Shown in pieces: positions 13,191 through 33,099 of a stretch of DNA of 64,000 bases. The DNA is from the human T2T-CHM13v2.0 reference genome, Homo sapiens. Location: NCBI RefSeq assembly GCF_009914755.1, contig NC_060926.1. One strand, written 5' to 3'. The notes beneath the pieces are model-generated. The model searched no databases, had not been told where the DNA came from, and saw only the letters and a list, made by a program, of their open reading frames with translations. Within the stretch, counting starts at the first letter, position 1, and every line of letters begins with the position of its first letter. Both the position numbers and the translations under genes were made by a program.

Positions 13191-14917
13191 ATTTCTCTCA
13201 AATATCTATGAATGTTGGCCAATTTTTATAAAAAATTCTGAACCCAGAGACATAAATTGATGACCAAAACAGAGAGCCTATTTCTACTGTGAAGATGTTT
13301 GCTGGTATCACCTCAGTTTTGGTTTCACATCTTTAGTATGCCAGGGTCCCTCATATAATGGAACCCCAAAGCCCACTGAAGAGTATTCATATAAGATATT
13401 CTCTTCATTGATCAGAGGGCTCAAATAGCTACAATCTCAATATAGATATACATGATCCATATTAACTAATTATAGCATCTCAGTGTAGATGTATGAATGA
13501 AGTAGAACTAAATGTGTAGCCCTAAATATGTATCCCTCCCACTTGCCCTCCCTAAACTCAAGGTGTTACAGAGAAGGATGTCTTAACTTGTCCTTGTGTG
13601 TAGATGCTCCCCAAGCATGAATAGCTTAGGCAAGTTTAAGCATTTTCAGCTAAAACTTAAGACCTTGTTGCCTGAGAGTGCCGACAGGCACGTTGTGGAA
13701 CTAATATGAAGTATCTCTGAAGGAAAGCACATCATTGTAAGCATTCGGAAATACCTATACATAGTATCTTAAGGACAATATGCAGAAAATGGTCAGAATA
13801 AAAAGGAAGGAAGACAGGAAGGAAGAGAAAAACAAAGCAAAATGAGGAAGAAACAATAAATATAAGAGACAGCATAAGTAGACTCATACATAACTATCTC
13901 AGATGCTATAATTAGTTAATATGGATCATGCTTAATTGGTTTAAATAAATAAGTAATGAGCTTGAAATTAACTGTAAGGAAAAGGTAATTATAAAATGTG
14001 GCACATTCAAGTTCTAAAAGGACCAAAGAAATATTCTAAAAATAGAAAATGAAATAACCAAATTTAGACATCAGGAAACACAATGAACATATTTGTCAGT
14101 ATATTGGACAAAATTGAAGAGAGAATATAAATCGAAAGATGAATCAGAAATTATTCATAAAGAGCATAGAGAGGTAAAGAAAGAAAATACAGAAGAGTGT
14201 ATAAGAAATACAAAGTGTACAATAAGAATGTATACAACATATTGGATTGTAGTCTTGGGTTTGGTGAGGGAGAGAAAGATGTAAAGACTTTATTTAAAAA
14301 GATTATGGCAGAAAATTTCTATTAATGATGAAACAAAAATCCAAGATTTATAGATTCTCAGAGGCTCCTGAGGATGATAAAGAAGGAAAAGGAAGGGAAG
14401 GAAGAAGAAGATGAAGGAGAAAAAGAAAAGAGAAAGAGGCAGTGAATTGAAGTAAGGACAAAAAGCATTAATGTGTTTTTTTTAAAACTGAAAAAAAATT
14501 AAATAAACTGAAAAAAATTTTTTTAAACAGAAAAAAATTAAATTAAAAATCTTTAAAAAAATTAAATAAAAAAATCTTAAAAAAATAATATGAAAGGAAT
14601 AGCAGCTAGACTAAAAGCATCCTTTTAAATAGCAACCTAAAAAGCTAAAGGTGATAGAAGATATCTTCAATGAGCCGAACTAAAATAATAGCCAACTTAC
14701 ACTTTCATATACTGGAAATATTTTTCAAGAATGAGAGAAAAGCAAACATGTTTCAGAAAAAAAAATGTTTACCACCAACAGATATCCACTAATGGAAATG
14801 CTAAAGGAAGAAAAAGAAAGTAAAAAGTAATGGAAAATCTGAAATGGAAAAATAAAACAGACAAGAAAAAATTTAAATGTTGACAATTTTTTTTAAAAAA
14901 AATTCTAAGTTAAACAG

Positions 14918-15614
14918 TGTTGGGGATCAGAAAACAATACTCCAAAATGAAGCCCCCAGGAGCAGCCTCAGAAGCAAAACACTGTTTCTTACTCTCTCCT
15001 ACCCTCTTGTCTCAGGCCCTCATTCTCATTAAAGGCTAGCCATAGAAACTAGAATTCCTCTTCCCCAAGGCAGGTGATAAAAATCAGAACCCCTTTTTTC
15101 CCAAGCCAGCCATAAAGCCTGAAAAATATTATACTAAGTTCCCTTCCAACTTTCTGTATGGAAACTGGCCATAAAGAAATTATCTGACCTACCTTGTTTG
15201 ATTGTAAGTCATAAGACACCCCCCATTCCAGAAAGGGTCCTGCCCTATATGCAGAAAAAAAAAGTGCTGCACACAGAGGCCAAAAGAGAATCTAAACAGA
15301 GAGTCTTGGCTGGATTTCCCCACTCAGTCTATGAGCACCAGCTCATACTCTTTTTGTACGAGACCAGTGGGGTCCAAGTGACCGAAAATTCATGAAAATT
15401 CATATTTCTACATGCTGTCTGAATTTTGTTGAGCCTGAGCATAAAAATGGACAATATCCCCTGTGTGTTTGGGTCTTCATTCTGAAGGCTCCTGAGTCAC
15501 ATAAAACTGGTCAAATACATTTGTATGCCCTTTTTCCTTTATTAATTTGCCTTTTGTAAATGATCTTCAGTGTCACTTCAGAGGGTGAAGAGGAAGTGTC
15601 CCTTGGTTCCTACA
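14918..15614 (+). mobile_element. MER39 solo LTR (ERV1)
   Basis: Starts 'tgttggggatcagaaaacaatac', ends 'ccttggttcctaca'. 4-bp TSD ACAG on both sides. Confidence 0.85.
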
Positions 15615-16369
15615 ACAGAAATACTCATACACAGTATTTTAAAAATCAAGTATGAATTAAAATGAGAAATGTTAAAATATTAGTCAAAATTGGTATAATT
15701 GAAAATCAAATGTTTTAAAGTATTTTCAGTTTAAGAGAGAAAAAATAAAAATTATATTTAACTTTAAAGTTTCACTGAGTGCCTTCTAGATAAATGCTGA
15801 AAGAATGAGAATTTAATATTTTAAAACCATTAAGAGAGTGGAAATGAAATTATTAAAAACATAGTAATTATAAAAATGATAAAGGGACATACAATTTATG
15901 CAATAAATACATAGGACAAAATAAGATTTTAGATTTTTCTAGAATGTAAGTATTTACATTAAGTAAAAAGAAAAGGATTACATGCTTCAGTTGAAGGATA
16001 ACAGCTTGAGGAAATAAGCTCAACTATATGCTGTTTATAAGAAACATCAAAAACCTAAAGATACAGATGAATTGAAAGTAAAAGGATGGTGAAAAACATA
16101 GTATAAAAATGTTATAAAAATTGATACCACCATATTAATACTGACAAGTTAGATTTTGACAATGTATGACAGATGTTGCTACAAATATAGAAATTGATTT
16201 CATGACAAAGGCTTAGCAAGCAAAAATACCATTTTAAAATGCATAGACTAAAAGCATAGATTCAAATAGCATACTCAAAAATGTAAAGTGAAAATTGATA
16301 GTAAAAAGGAAAACAAGTCACATATACAAATATAGTGTGTATATTTTCACATATATATCTAGGAAATAA

Positions 16370-18293
<1,924 letters not shown>

Positions 18294-18789
18294 AAGAAAC
18301 AAAGAATTAGTGAGGAGCTATGAAACACAAACAACACATTTAACAATCAAGACCTAATGGACATATGTTGAACATTTAACAACTACTGCAGTGTACACAT
18401 TATTTTCAGTTGGAAACATTTATAGAAATTAACCATTTACTGATCTATAAATAAGTGAAATTCAGCAAAAGGAAAGAGCAAACTTTTATGTAGTGCATTT
18501 ATGTTTATTTAAGCACAAAAACTTTCAAAAAAAATCTTTCTCAAATTTCTGAGAAACTGTTAATATTGCATTTTCTTTAAAGAAGCTATTCATTAGATCT
18601 GCTTTATTGGGCCTTTATTACTGTGTTTTATTTTAATTTTTCTTTTCTATTCAAATGCTATTTGCATATCTGTCACAATGTGTGGCATCATTCTAAGGCA
18701 GAAATGTGAAGACAGCTGAAAGTAATCACTGATTAAGAAAGATGCTGTCACAAAAATTTTCACTTTTATATCATTTTGGAAAAATCACC

Positions 18790-18960
18790 CATGAAGCCAG
18801 GCAGACGTGAGTCTGAGTAATGGCTGTGTTGCTTGCTAATCTCTATCATTTGACAAGCGTCTTTTATCTCACTGAGCTTCCTTCCCAACGTTATCTATGA
18901 AATTTAGATAACAATGTCTCTCTTCTTCCCTCCACCCCCAAGCATTAGGTCAGTAATATA
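18790..18960 (+). mobile_element. MIR fragment
   Basis: 'gaagccaggcagacgtgagtctgag...ttatctcactgagcttc...atctatgaaatttagataacaat'. Confidence 0.55.
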
Positions 18961-18990
18961 CCTCACATAGCTTCTTGCCAAGAGTATATA

Positions 18991-19535
18991 CAGTTGAATA
19001 ACATGGGTTTGAACTGTGTGGGGTGCACTTACATGCAGATTTTTTTCTTTTCAACCAAACTTGGATGAAAAATACAGTATTTGGCTAGGTGCAGTGGCTT
19101 GACCTTATTTTCCCAGAAATTCAGGAGATTAAGGAGGGAGGATTGCTTCAGGCCATGAGCTGGGGACTAGCCTGGGCAACTTAGGAAGACCCCCATCTCT
19201 AAAAAAGTAAAAAAGAAAATTACTCCTGCTGGTGGCATGTGCCTGTGGTCCCAGTTACTTGGGTGGCTGCGGAGGGAGGATTGCTTGAGCCTAAAATATC
19301 TGAGGGGGCAGTGAGCTATTATCATGCCACTGCACTCCACCCTGGGCAACAAAGCACGAACCCTTCTCTAAAAAAAAAAATACAGCATTAGTGGAATGCA
19401 AAACCTGTGTACAATGAGGGGCCAAATTTTCATACACACAGATTCACAGGATTGACCGGAGAACTTGAGTATGCACGGATTTTGGTACATGTGAAGGTCT
19501 TGAAACTTCTCTGGCACATACCAAGGGACATTATA
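18991..19535 (-). mobile_element. MER8 (Tigger2-derived MITE) split by AluJ
   Basis: 'cagttga...catgggtttgaactgtgtgggg' and 'cttgagtatgcacggattttggta...ataccaagggaca' match the two halves of MER8 in reverse. Confidence 0.8.
19083..19380 (+). mobile_element. AluJ
   Basis: 'ggaggattgcttgagcc' J-type diagnostics. TSD aaaaatacagtatt / aaaaatacagcatt. Confidence 0.88.
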
Positions 19536-21640
19536 TGTTTGTGATGTATAGTAGCTATTTACTATTAATATTGTGAGACCTCTAGGTTAGCTATTACTAT
19601 TAGTAGCTATTAGTGATGATAGCTATTACTGTTAGTATTGTGATACCTCTCCATGGGTCTTAAACACAACATTTTATTTTAAACATAAAATAGGATACAT
19701 TTTATTAAACATAAATTTAGTATCAACTTGAAATCTGAAAGAACAAAGTACTTTTAAATCAACTCTGAAAACCAAAAGTTCAGATGGAAAAACTGACTCC
19801 CAAAGGCAATGTCAAAGATTTTCTATCTCTTAGGTCATTAAAAAATAGTCTTTTTAAGACATTATAGTCAACAGAGTGTGGTGTGATTCTGGGTTGTCAA
19901 GGCAATGAACAAGATAACCTAAACGGCTTTTCCATCTTTAAAACTTCTATGATCTTCATTTACAAGAAGACTTTTTTCTTCCTCTATTTTTCTTCATTAC
20001 CATTTTCATTTATCAGATTTCAGTGAGAATGGACAACTTTAAATTTCTATAACTCATCTATTCAATCATATACCTTCAAATGTCAGTTATTTTTTATGGT
20101 ATTTTTCAAAGGAGTTGGTTCACTACTCACCTCTCAAATGCGTGCAGAATCAGAGAAGAAAATTTGGTTGCTTATAATAACAACTACATCTCACAATTGC
20201 CTCCTATTAATGGCATATCTGTGGATTCAGTTGCACATTTAGTTTCCTCCAGTCTATGTAGGAGAATCATCCTGTGACCTTTTTTAGTAAGATATTTAAC
20301 ATCATCCTCATCCATTACCATCAAGCTTTGGAAAATTCTTACTGAATAGATTTTAGATTAATGTTATACAAAGTTATGTTACCTCCTATATTCCCAAGGT
20401 CTACCATCTATAAAAAATATCTTGATACAGAAGCAATTGACTAAGCATATAAGATGTCAACAAGATTAGCATTTCCCAGAATTCTACTAAACCTCAGAAA
20501 ACATAGCAAACTCCGGATGAGTAAAAACATAGATAAAATAAACACATTATGTGTAGGTTAAGGTTAGAAGCATTAGTGGGAATCATGCCTTAGGAAGAGT
20601 TGGGAGAATTTTAGTTTTTTATTGTGTGAGTGTGGGCAAGTTATTTCTTCTGCTCAATTACCTCTTTGGGATAGTTGTGACCAGTTTTGTCTGGCTCTAC
20701 ATCCTTTTCATTTATGGTGTTTAAAGTAGCATTTGGATGGAATAAAACTTAAGTCTAATTTTAAGAAAAAGCCCCAATACATTTTTTTGACTTTGCAGAT
20801 AAATTGCAGATAACATTGGTATCATCCACCCATATTATATAGATCAGGAAAAAGAGAAAAACCCATGACATTTGCTAAGTAATCACAATTCATATTTGAA
20901 AATTCAAACATGATAAGTACCATAAACATGACAAACCACCTAGAATATACCCCATGTAAAAAAAGGATGTAAAGCTAATGACACTATATTACACAATATA
21001 CACACTCTGTCTCTCTCTCTATGTAATATTGGACATATGTATTATACTGTATATATGTGTGGCATTATACAATACTATAAACCCAAATCTGTCTGTAAAT
21101 TGCTATATTTCTTTGGAAAAATCTTGAAGGTGTTTCTGTATTTAAACTTTTATACTTATTGATAACCTGTATAAAATTATTAAGGCTTCACAATAGACAA
21201 TTACTTTAAAAAGATAATTTCTAAAACATTTATATGTTTAAAGTAAACCTTAAAAGTTTGTAGTTTTAAGAATTTTATTATTACAAGCTAGCTAGATTGT
21301 TAAATGTTTCTCTGAAAGAAAACCTTATCAAGATCATGACATTCGACAATAGAAAATAAATCAGGTAAGTTGTCTAAGTTTCTCAGACTCTTAATTCATC
21401 TTCTTAAGTCATTGTCTAAAACTCCCTAAACAGTAATGCAGAATATTAAATTATTAGTTCATGAGCTTATTCATCTAATTTTAACAGTGTTTGATAAATC
21501 AAAGGATATTTGATTTCCTTAACCACAAACTTTCTACAAAACCAAGTTCATTAAACAATACGTCCAAGCAGGAGACAATTGATATTTGGGCCCTCTAGAT
21601 CTATATAATTGAAGAGACCTGCTTTAAGAGAATGAATACA

Positions 21641-25763
<4,123 letters not shown>

Positions 25764-26239
25764 AGAAATGAAATATTAAGAGTAGGTTACAAATTTCAAC
25801 AGGCTGTCTTTGCCATAACGTCACAAGACCAAAAAATAAAGTTAACCCAAAACACACAAATTTTGTACTAATTATCTACTAAGAGAATTCTATAATCTTT
25901 TTTTCTAATATTTTCACTGCATGATGTTTGTTTTCATGTGCTAATTTTAATATATTAATTTCTTCTTGGCAAAAATAATAGAAAGATACTTTTCCTCTGG
26001 CCTTGTGGACCCAAATAATTTTTTTCTATGCTTAACAATTTTGAAAAGTTATTTTTTTCAGATTTACAACACATTATGGTAGCGTTACAAAAACTTTTAG
26101 GATTGTCATTCAATTTGGAAATGGCTATCAATTTTCTTTCTTTTATGAACTGCTATAGTGATATATATACTCTTTCTGATACATATAGGTTTGTGCCATA
26201 CAAAAGAAATTCAAGTCAATACTATAATGCATGATTCCT

Positions 26240-27178
26240 TTAGTCGGTTGGATAAGATTTTTTTAAAGTTATGTTCAAGTTCTAATACCTGGTAGCAGTG
26301 ATTATGAGCCTATCTAGAAATGAGATCTCTGCAGATGTAATCAAGTTAAGATGAGGTCATACTAGATTATAGTGGGCCCTAGATTCAATGATGAGTGTCT
26401 TTATCATCATCCTGAGCAAACTGTCGCAAGGACAGAAAACCAAACTCACAATAGCAAAGACTTGAAACCAACCCAAATGTCCATCAATGATAGACTAGAT
26501 TAAGAAAATGTGGTACATATACACCATGGAATACTATGCAGCCATAAAAAAATGATCAGTTCATGTCCTTTGTAGGAAACCATCATTGTCAGCAAACTAT
26601 CGCAAGGACAGAAAACCAAACACCGCGTGTTCTCACTCATAGGTGGGAATTGAACAATGAGAACGCTTGTACACAGGAAAGGGAACATCACACACCAGGG
26701 CCTGTTGTGGGGTGGGGGGATGGGGAGGGATAGCATTAGGAGATATACCTAATGTAAACGAAGAGTTATTGGGTGCAGCACACCAACATGGCACATGTAT
26801 ACATATGTAACAAACCTGCACGTTTTGTACATGTACCCTAGAACTTAAAGTGTAATAAAAAAAAAAAAGGAAAGAGAGATTTGGACACAGGCACATAGAA
26901 AAGACAAAGAATAGAAAGCTATGTAGTAAAGACAGAGGCAGAGGCAGAGATTGGAGTGTTCCAAATACAAGTCAAGGAATTCCAAGAATTGCCAGGAGCA
27001 AACTGAATCTAGGAAGAGACTAGGAAGGATTCTTCCCAGAAGCTTTCAGATGGCTCGTGGCCCTGCTGAAACCTTGATTTAGGACATCTAGCTTCCGAAC
27101 TGTGAGAGAATAAGTGTCTGTTGTTTTAAGCACCCAGGTTTTAGTACTTTGTTATGAAAGCCTTAGTAAACTCATCCA
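26240..27178 (+). mobile_element. MLT1B/C LTR interrupted by L1PA fragment
   Basis: 'tgcagatgtaatcaagttaagatgaggtcatactagatt' and 'ccctgctgaaaccttgattt...aactgtgagagaataa'. Confidence 0.85.
26405..26868 (+). mobile_element. Short L1PA4/5-like 3' fragment with rearranged 5' end
   Basis: L1PA 3'UTR and poly-A. The first 41 nt duplicate 26581-26621. Confidence 0.9.
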
Positions 27179-27207
27179 ATTAAAAAGAGAGAATCTTTAA
27201 TACCAAA

Positions 27208-27716
27208 TGTGGTAGTTTTAAAATATGTCTACAAAGTATTTGATATTCCTCTCCTTCAAAACACGGAGCTTAATTCCTCTCATTCTCATCCCCTTGAGTG
27301 TGGATAAGATTTAGCAACCCACTTCTAATGATTAGAATAAATGGAAAGTGGCAGTGTGAGACTTTGGGAGCTACTTTATAAAATACAGTGGAACTTCCTT
27401 CTTGCTGTCTCTCAGATCACTTTCTCTGGGATAAACTAGCTGCTAAATCATGAAGATGTGCAGGTAGCCCTGAAGAGAGGCCTATGTAGTGAGACCCTGA
27501 AGCCTCCTGCCAACAGCTATGGGAGTGAGCCATTTTGGAAGTGGATCCTCCAGCTGTAGTCAAACCTTGACTGAAAAGCATCGGAGACAAGAGCCAGAAT
27601 ACACAAGTAAACAGCTCCTGGACAACACAGCCTTGTAGTCTGTGTGAGACAGTAATCGCTGTTGTTTCATGCAATTAGTTTTGAATATGTCAGAGAGCAG
27701 CAAGAGATAATGAACA
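27208..27716 (+). mobile_element. MLT1F-like LTR
   Basis: Starts 'tgtggtagttttaaaatatgtctacaaa', ends 'gcagcaagagataatgaaca'. Confidence 0.8.
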
Positions 27717-28039
27717 TTCTGAGTATAGTCATGATAAGAAAGAAGTTTCATTTGTCTACTTTCAATGACAATTTATTATAGCCTTCAATTCTGTACATTT
27801 GATAATTAGAAGATCTTTCACAGATTTATTTCTGGCTCTACATATTTTGCACTTTGTTTTCTCTCTACTTCCTACATGTTTCTAGTCGTTGGTGCTAGAG
27901 GGTACATATAAACTCTGGCCAGCATATTATTTTAATAGCGGGAAAATCCACAGAAGCCAATGCTATAACAGGATGGCTAGGAATTACTTAAATATGTGCC
28001 ACAGTGAGTGCAAACCATGTAAACAGATTTCTGAACCTA

Positions 28040-28272
28040 ATAATGGAACAAAGGAGAATGATAGGAATTAAAAGTGGAATAAGACTAGTCCTAACTGGAT
28101 ATGATTAAAATATTTCATTTTACAAATTTTGCAAAAACACGTGACTAGGTGAACAAATTACTAGGTTTCTCCTAGAGCTGAGAAATTACTAGGTTTCTCC
28201 TAGAGCTGATGGCCTTCAAGTGAGGCACCATAAAGCTAAAGTTTCATTAGCTTCACTGTAAATCTACTTCTT
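28040..28272 (-). mobile_element. MER115/Zaphod-like hAT-Tip100 terminus
   Basis: 'aagctaaagtttcattagcttcactgtaaatctacttct' and 'ttttacaaattttgcaaaaacacgtgac'. Confidence 0.6.
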
Positions 28273-29366
28273 AGACCAAGACAATTTAAAAGCCATATAT
28301 TTTCATTTGTATGTATTAAACCCAAGGGTGGTATTTTATATATTAGTTAAGTTTCTAAACTTACTGGAGATCAATATGAGGCCATTTTAATACATTTGTA
28401 AAATGAAAATACCAGACTCAACTAGAGTGCCAAATGAATATTAAATGGTATTTTAAATACGTTACAGCAAGCTTTGATTCTTATAAAAATAACCATCACA
28501 GAAATGAGCATGCCAACGATTTGTTAAAACTCATTTGCTTTTAATTGTTTTCTGCTGAATGATAAAATATAGAACAGAGGAAATGCCATCTGCTAGTTCA
28601 TATTTTCAAGAAATGATAAAGGGCTCACCATCACCCCCTTTTCATAGTGCTGCTCTCAGCATTAAAATGTGCATGACACCAGATTTTCATAGCAAGGAGA
28701 AAGAGCATTTAGAATAAAAGAGAATTAAATTGACTTTTTTCTCTTCTGTTTGACAGTACAAAGAATATACAAAAATGTGCACACTAATCAAAGCAAACAT
28801 GAATATCTGAGATATATTAAAAATATAAAAAATTAAAGTAGAATAGTTTCCACTTTAATTTATAAAATACTTAGATGTTATCACTCCCATCATTAAAGCA
28901 AAAAAAAAAAAAAAAGAATGCTGAGCAATCTAAGGGAACAACTCTTCTTAGATCGATTACAGAATTGAGGTCACAGGGCAAATTATCACCTCAAAAGCTA
29001 GAGGGACAGGTGAATACAGAGACTCACAGCTTATTGAGAGCAGAAGTCCCTGGAGTCATCAAATATTAGGAACACTAAAATGGTAACTGATGTGTTACTG
29101 GAGGTTGCTGCCTTCAGTAAAATTTAAAATCTAGGTGGGTCAGTCATAGGTGGAGGGACGCACACTTTACTGAGTTTTACTTCCAGGAGGCTTACAAGGT
29201 TCGACAATGAAAATCAGAGAGAAATCCCTTAATGTTTTGGACAAGGAGAGGGGATAGTAACCATTTTAAAACATGTCCATGGGAATAGTTGCCATTTTGA
29301 AATATGCTCATAGCATTCTATGGCAAGGGCTTATTGCCAGGAGACATTACTTTGCTGGGACCCTGG

Positions 29367-30913
29367 TGATATGGTTTGGCTGTGTTCTCACCTAAATCTC
29401 ATCTTGAATTCCCATGTGATGTGGGAGGGATCCCGTGGTGGGTAATTGAATCATGGGGGCAGGTCTTTCCCATGCTGCTTTTGTGATCGTGAATAAGTCT
29501 CACGAGATCTGATGGCTTTATAAAGAGGAGTTCCCCTGCACAAGTTCTCTCTCTTTGCCTGCTACCATCCATGTAAGACATGACTTTCTCCTCCTTGCAT
29601 TCTGCCGTAACTGTGAGGCCTCCTCAGCCATGTGGAACTATAAGTCCGTTAAACCTCTTTGTTTTGTAAATTGCCCAATCTCTGGCATGTCTTTATCAGT
29701 AGTGTGAAAACAGACTAATACAGTAAATTGGTACTATGAGTGGGGTGCTGCTGAAAGAATACCCAGAAATGTGGAAGCAACCTTGGAACTGGGTAACAGA
29801 CAGAGGTTGGAGGAGTTTGGAGGCTTAGAAGAAGACAGAAAAATGTGGGAGAGTTTGGAATTCCCTAAAGACTTGTTGAATGGATTTGGCCAAAATGCTA
29901 ATAATGATATGCACAATGAAATTCAGGCAGAGGTGGTCTCAGATGGAGATGAGAAACTTGTTTGGAATTAGAGCAAGGTGACTTTTGTTAGTTTTGGCAA
30001 AAAGACTGGCAGCGTTTTGCCCCTGCCCTGGAGATGTGTGAAACTTTGAACTTGAGAGAGATGATATAGGATATCTGGTGGGAGAAATTTCTAAGCAGCA
30101 ATGCATTTAAGAGGTGACTTGTGTGTTGTTAAAGGCATTCAGTTTTATAAGGGAAACAGAGCATAGAAGTTTGGAAACTGCAGCCTGACCATGTGGTAGA
30201 AAAGGAAATCCTATTTTCTGAGGAGAAATTCAAGCCAGATGCAGAAATTTGCATAAGTACTGAGGAGCCAAATGTTAATCCCTAAGAAAATGGGAAAAAA
30301 GGTCTCCAGGACATATCAGAGGTGTTCATGGCAGCCCCTCTCAACACAGGCCCTGAGGCCTAGGAGGTAAAAGTGGTTTCATGGGCCAGGTCAAGGGTCG
30401 CCGTGCTGTGTGCAGCCAAGGGACTTGATGCCTTGCATCCCAGCTGCTCCAGCTGTGGCTGAAAGGGGCCAAGGTAGAGCTCAGCATTGAGGACTGTTGG
30501 GAAGGCATGATTCGTTTTGAAATGTGAGGGTGAGATTTGGCCAGGGCCATTAGTGGAATGATATGGTTTGGCTATATCCCCACCCAAATCTCATCTTGAA
30601 TTCCCACATGTTGTGGGAGGGACCCGGTGGGAGGTAATTGACTCATGGTGCAATTCCTTCCCATGCTGTTCTCATGATAGTGAATAAGTATCACGAGATC
30701 TAATGGTTTTTATATTGGGAGTTCCCCTGCACAAGTTCTCTCTCTTTGCCTGCTGTCATCCATGGAAGATGTGACTTTCCCCTCCTTACCTTCCACTACG
30801 AGTCTGAGTCCTCCCCAGCCATCTGGAACTGTAAGTCCATTAAACCTCTTTGTTTTGTAAATTGCCCAGTCTTGGGTATGTCTTTATCATCAGTATGAGA
30901 AGAGACTAATACA
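29367..30913 (+). mobile_element. THE1 provirus with internal deletion (LTRs 29367-29722 and 30559-30913)
   Basis: Two TGATATGG...AATACA LTRs. 5-bp TSD cctgg/cctga. Internal region ~840 bp versus ~1600 bp in the copy at 48 kb. Confidence 0.93.
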
Positions 30914-32792
30914 CCTGACTAACATAAGAGAAGAGCAATTGGATGTGTCTAGACCCCTTTGTCCTTCCTATCTAATATAGGGCAGAGATAAAAAGCTAAG
31001 AAATGCTTCTGAAGGTCACAGCATAGGGACTCTGGCTTATTAAAAATGTGGAGATTTAATCATAATATTATAGAATGCTTTTCTTAATACCACATCACCA
31101 TCTCAACAGAGCTAATGTATGATAACAGTGAAATACAATTAAGAGACCTGCAAGATACAGACTCTGTTTAAGAAGTAGTTTCTAGAAAAATTCAAAGAAA
31201 GCAAGACAAAAGCAGGACATTAGAAATTGTAGCTTCTGTCATCTATAGCTACAGCAAACATTAAGTGAACCTAAGTTCTACTAGTTAACAATAAAAGCAC
31301 ATACTACAGGCCTTGTTATTTGAGTTTCTATTACCCAATACATCATTTCCCTTTTTTAGCAACAACAACAAAGAAATTGAAAAGCATTGTAAAGGGTCAG
31401 ACAAAAAAAAACAACAATATGAAGAGACAAAGCAAACGTCCGAAGCAAGTTCATATCTGACAATACTTGTGAATATTAGACAGAGAATTCAATATCAGGA
31501 TGGTTAAAATGCTAAGTGCTAATTTAAAAAAGCAGAAAAAACATGCCAGAACACATGGGTCATGTAAGCAAAGAGATGGAAATTCTAAAACATGATCAAA
31601 AGAAAATGCTAGAAATAATAAAATTGGGTAACAAAAATGGAGAATGCTTGTGATGGGCTCACAAGTAGACTAGACACAGCTAAAGAAAAATCAATGAACT
31701 TGAACATATGTCAATAAAAACATCTCAAACTGAAATGCATAAAGAAAACAAAATGAAAAAAATCCCAGAATATACATGAAAAGAGCAAAACGAGTAGGAG
31801 GAGTATTTGAAGTAATAGCTGAACATTTTCAAAAAATTAATGAAAGATACCAAACCACAGATCCAGGAAACTAAGAGAAAATTAAGCATGATAAATATCA
31901 AAAAGCCTACACATAGGCATATCATATTCAAAATGCAGAAAGCAACAAAGAGAAAAACTTGAAAGAAGTTGAAGAATAAACACATCCTATCTATAGAGTA
32001 GAAGGGCTAATAATTTAATAGGATTTTTTTTTTCAAAAGTCATGCAAGTAGGAAAACAGTAAAGAAAAAGAAAAACCAACCAACCAACAAACCTGAGGAG
32101 TTTTGTCATCTATAAATATGACTTGCAAGAAATGCCAAAAGAACTTTTTCAGAGAGAAGAAAAATTATATAGTTTAAAAACTTGGACTATGTTAACAAAG
32201 GAAGAGTGTTAGAGAATAAACAAATGAGAGTTAAAAGAAAACCTATTATTTTTCTGATTTCTAGTTGATTTAATAGAAAACTGCTTAAAATATTAATGGT
32301 AACAATTTATTGGGTGATTATAGGTATGAATAAGTGAAATGTCTGTAAGCAGTATTATAAAAGATAAAAGAGATAGATTGGGAGTACTTTGTTATAAGGT
32401 GCCTCTATTACCTATGAAGTGGTAGAGTGTTATTTAAAAGTATTTAGATTTAGGTGTAAATGTATATTGCAAACTCTAGGGCAAGTATTAAAGAAAATTT
32501 TAAAAGAAGTATAATAGATACCCTACAAAATGAGAAAAAATAGAAATAATATGAGGTGTTTAAACCAGAGAAGGCAAAAAGAGAGAAGATTAAAAAAAAA
32601 AAAAGAAAAAATGGATGGAATGAAAAACAGTTACAAATATGGTAGATAATAATCTATCTCAATAATTATATTAAATGTGAATGATTAACACACATCAATT
32701 AAAAAGACAGACTGAGAAGAGAAATTAAAACAAAAAGTCCCAGCTGTATATGGTCTACAAGAAACCCATTTAAAATATAAAGACACAGATTA

Positions 32793-33099
<307 letters not shown>

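Noticed and set aside
21360-21370. Strong + strand donor CAG|GTAAGT (also a minus-strand donor at ~43306-43314)
   Set aside because: No convincing acceptor at exon distance; isolated sites occur by chance.
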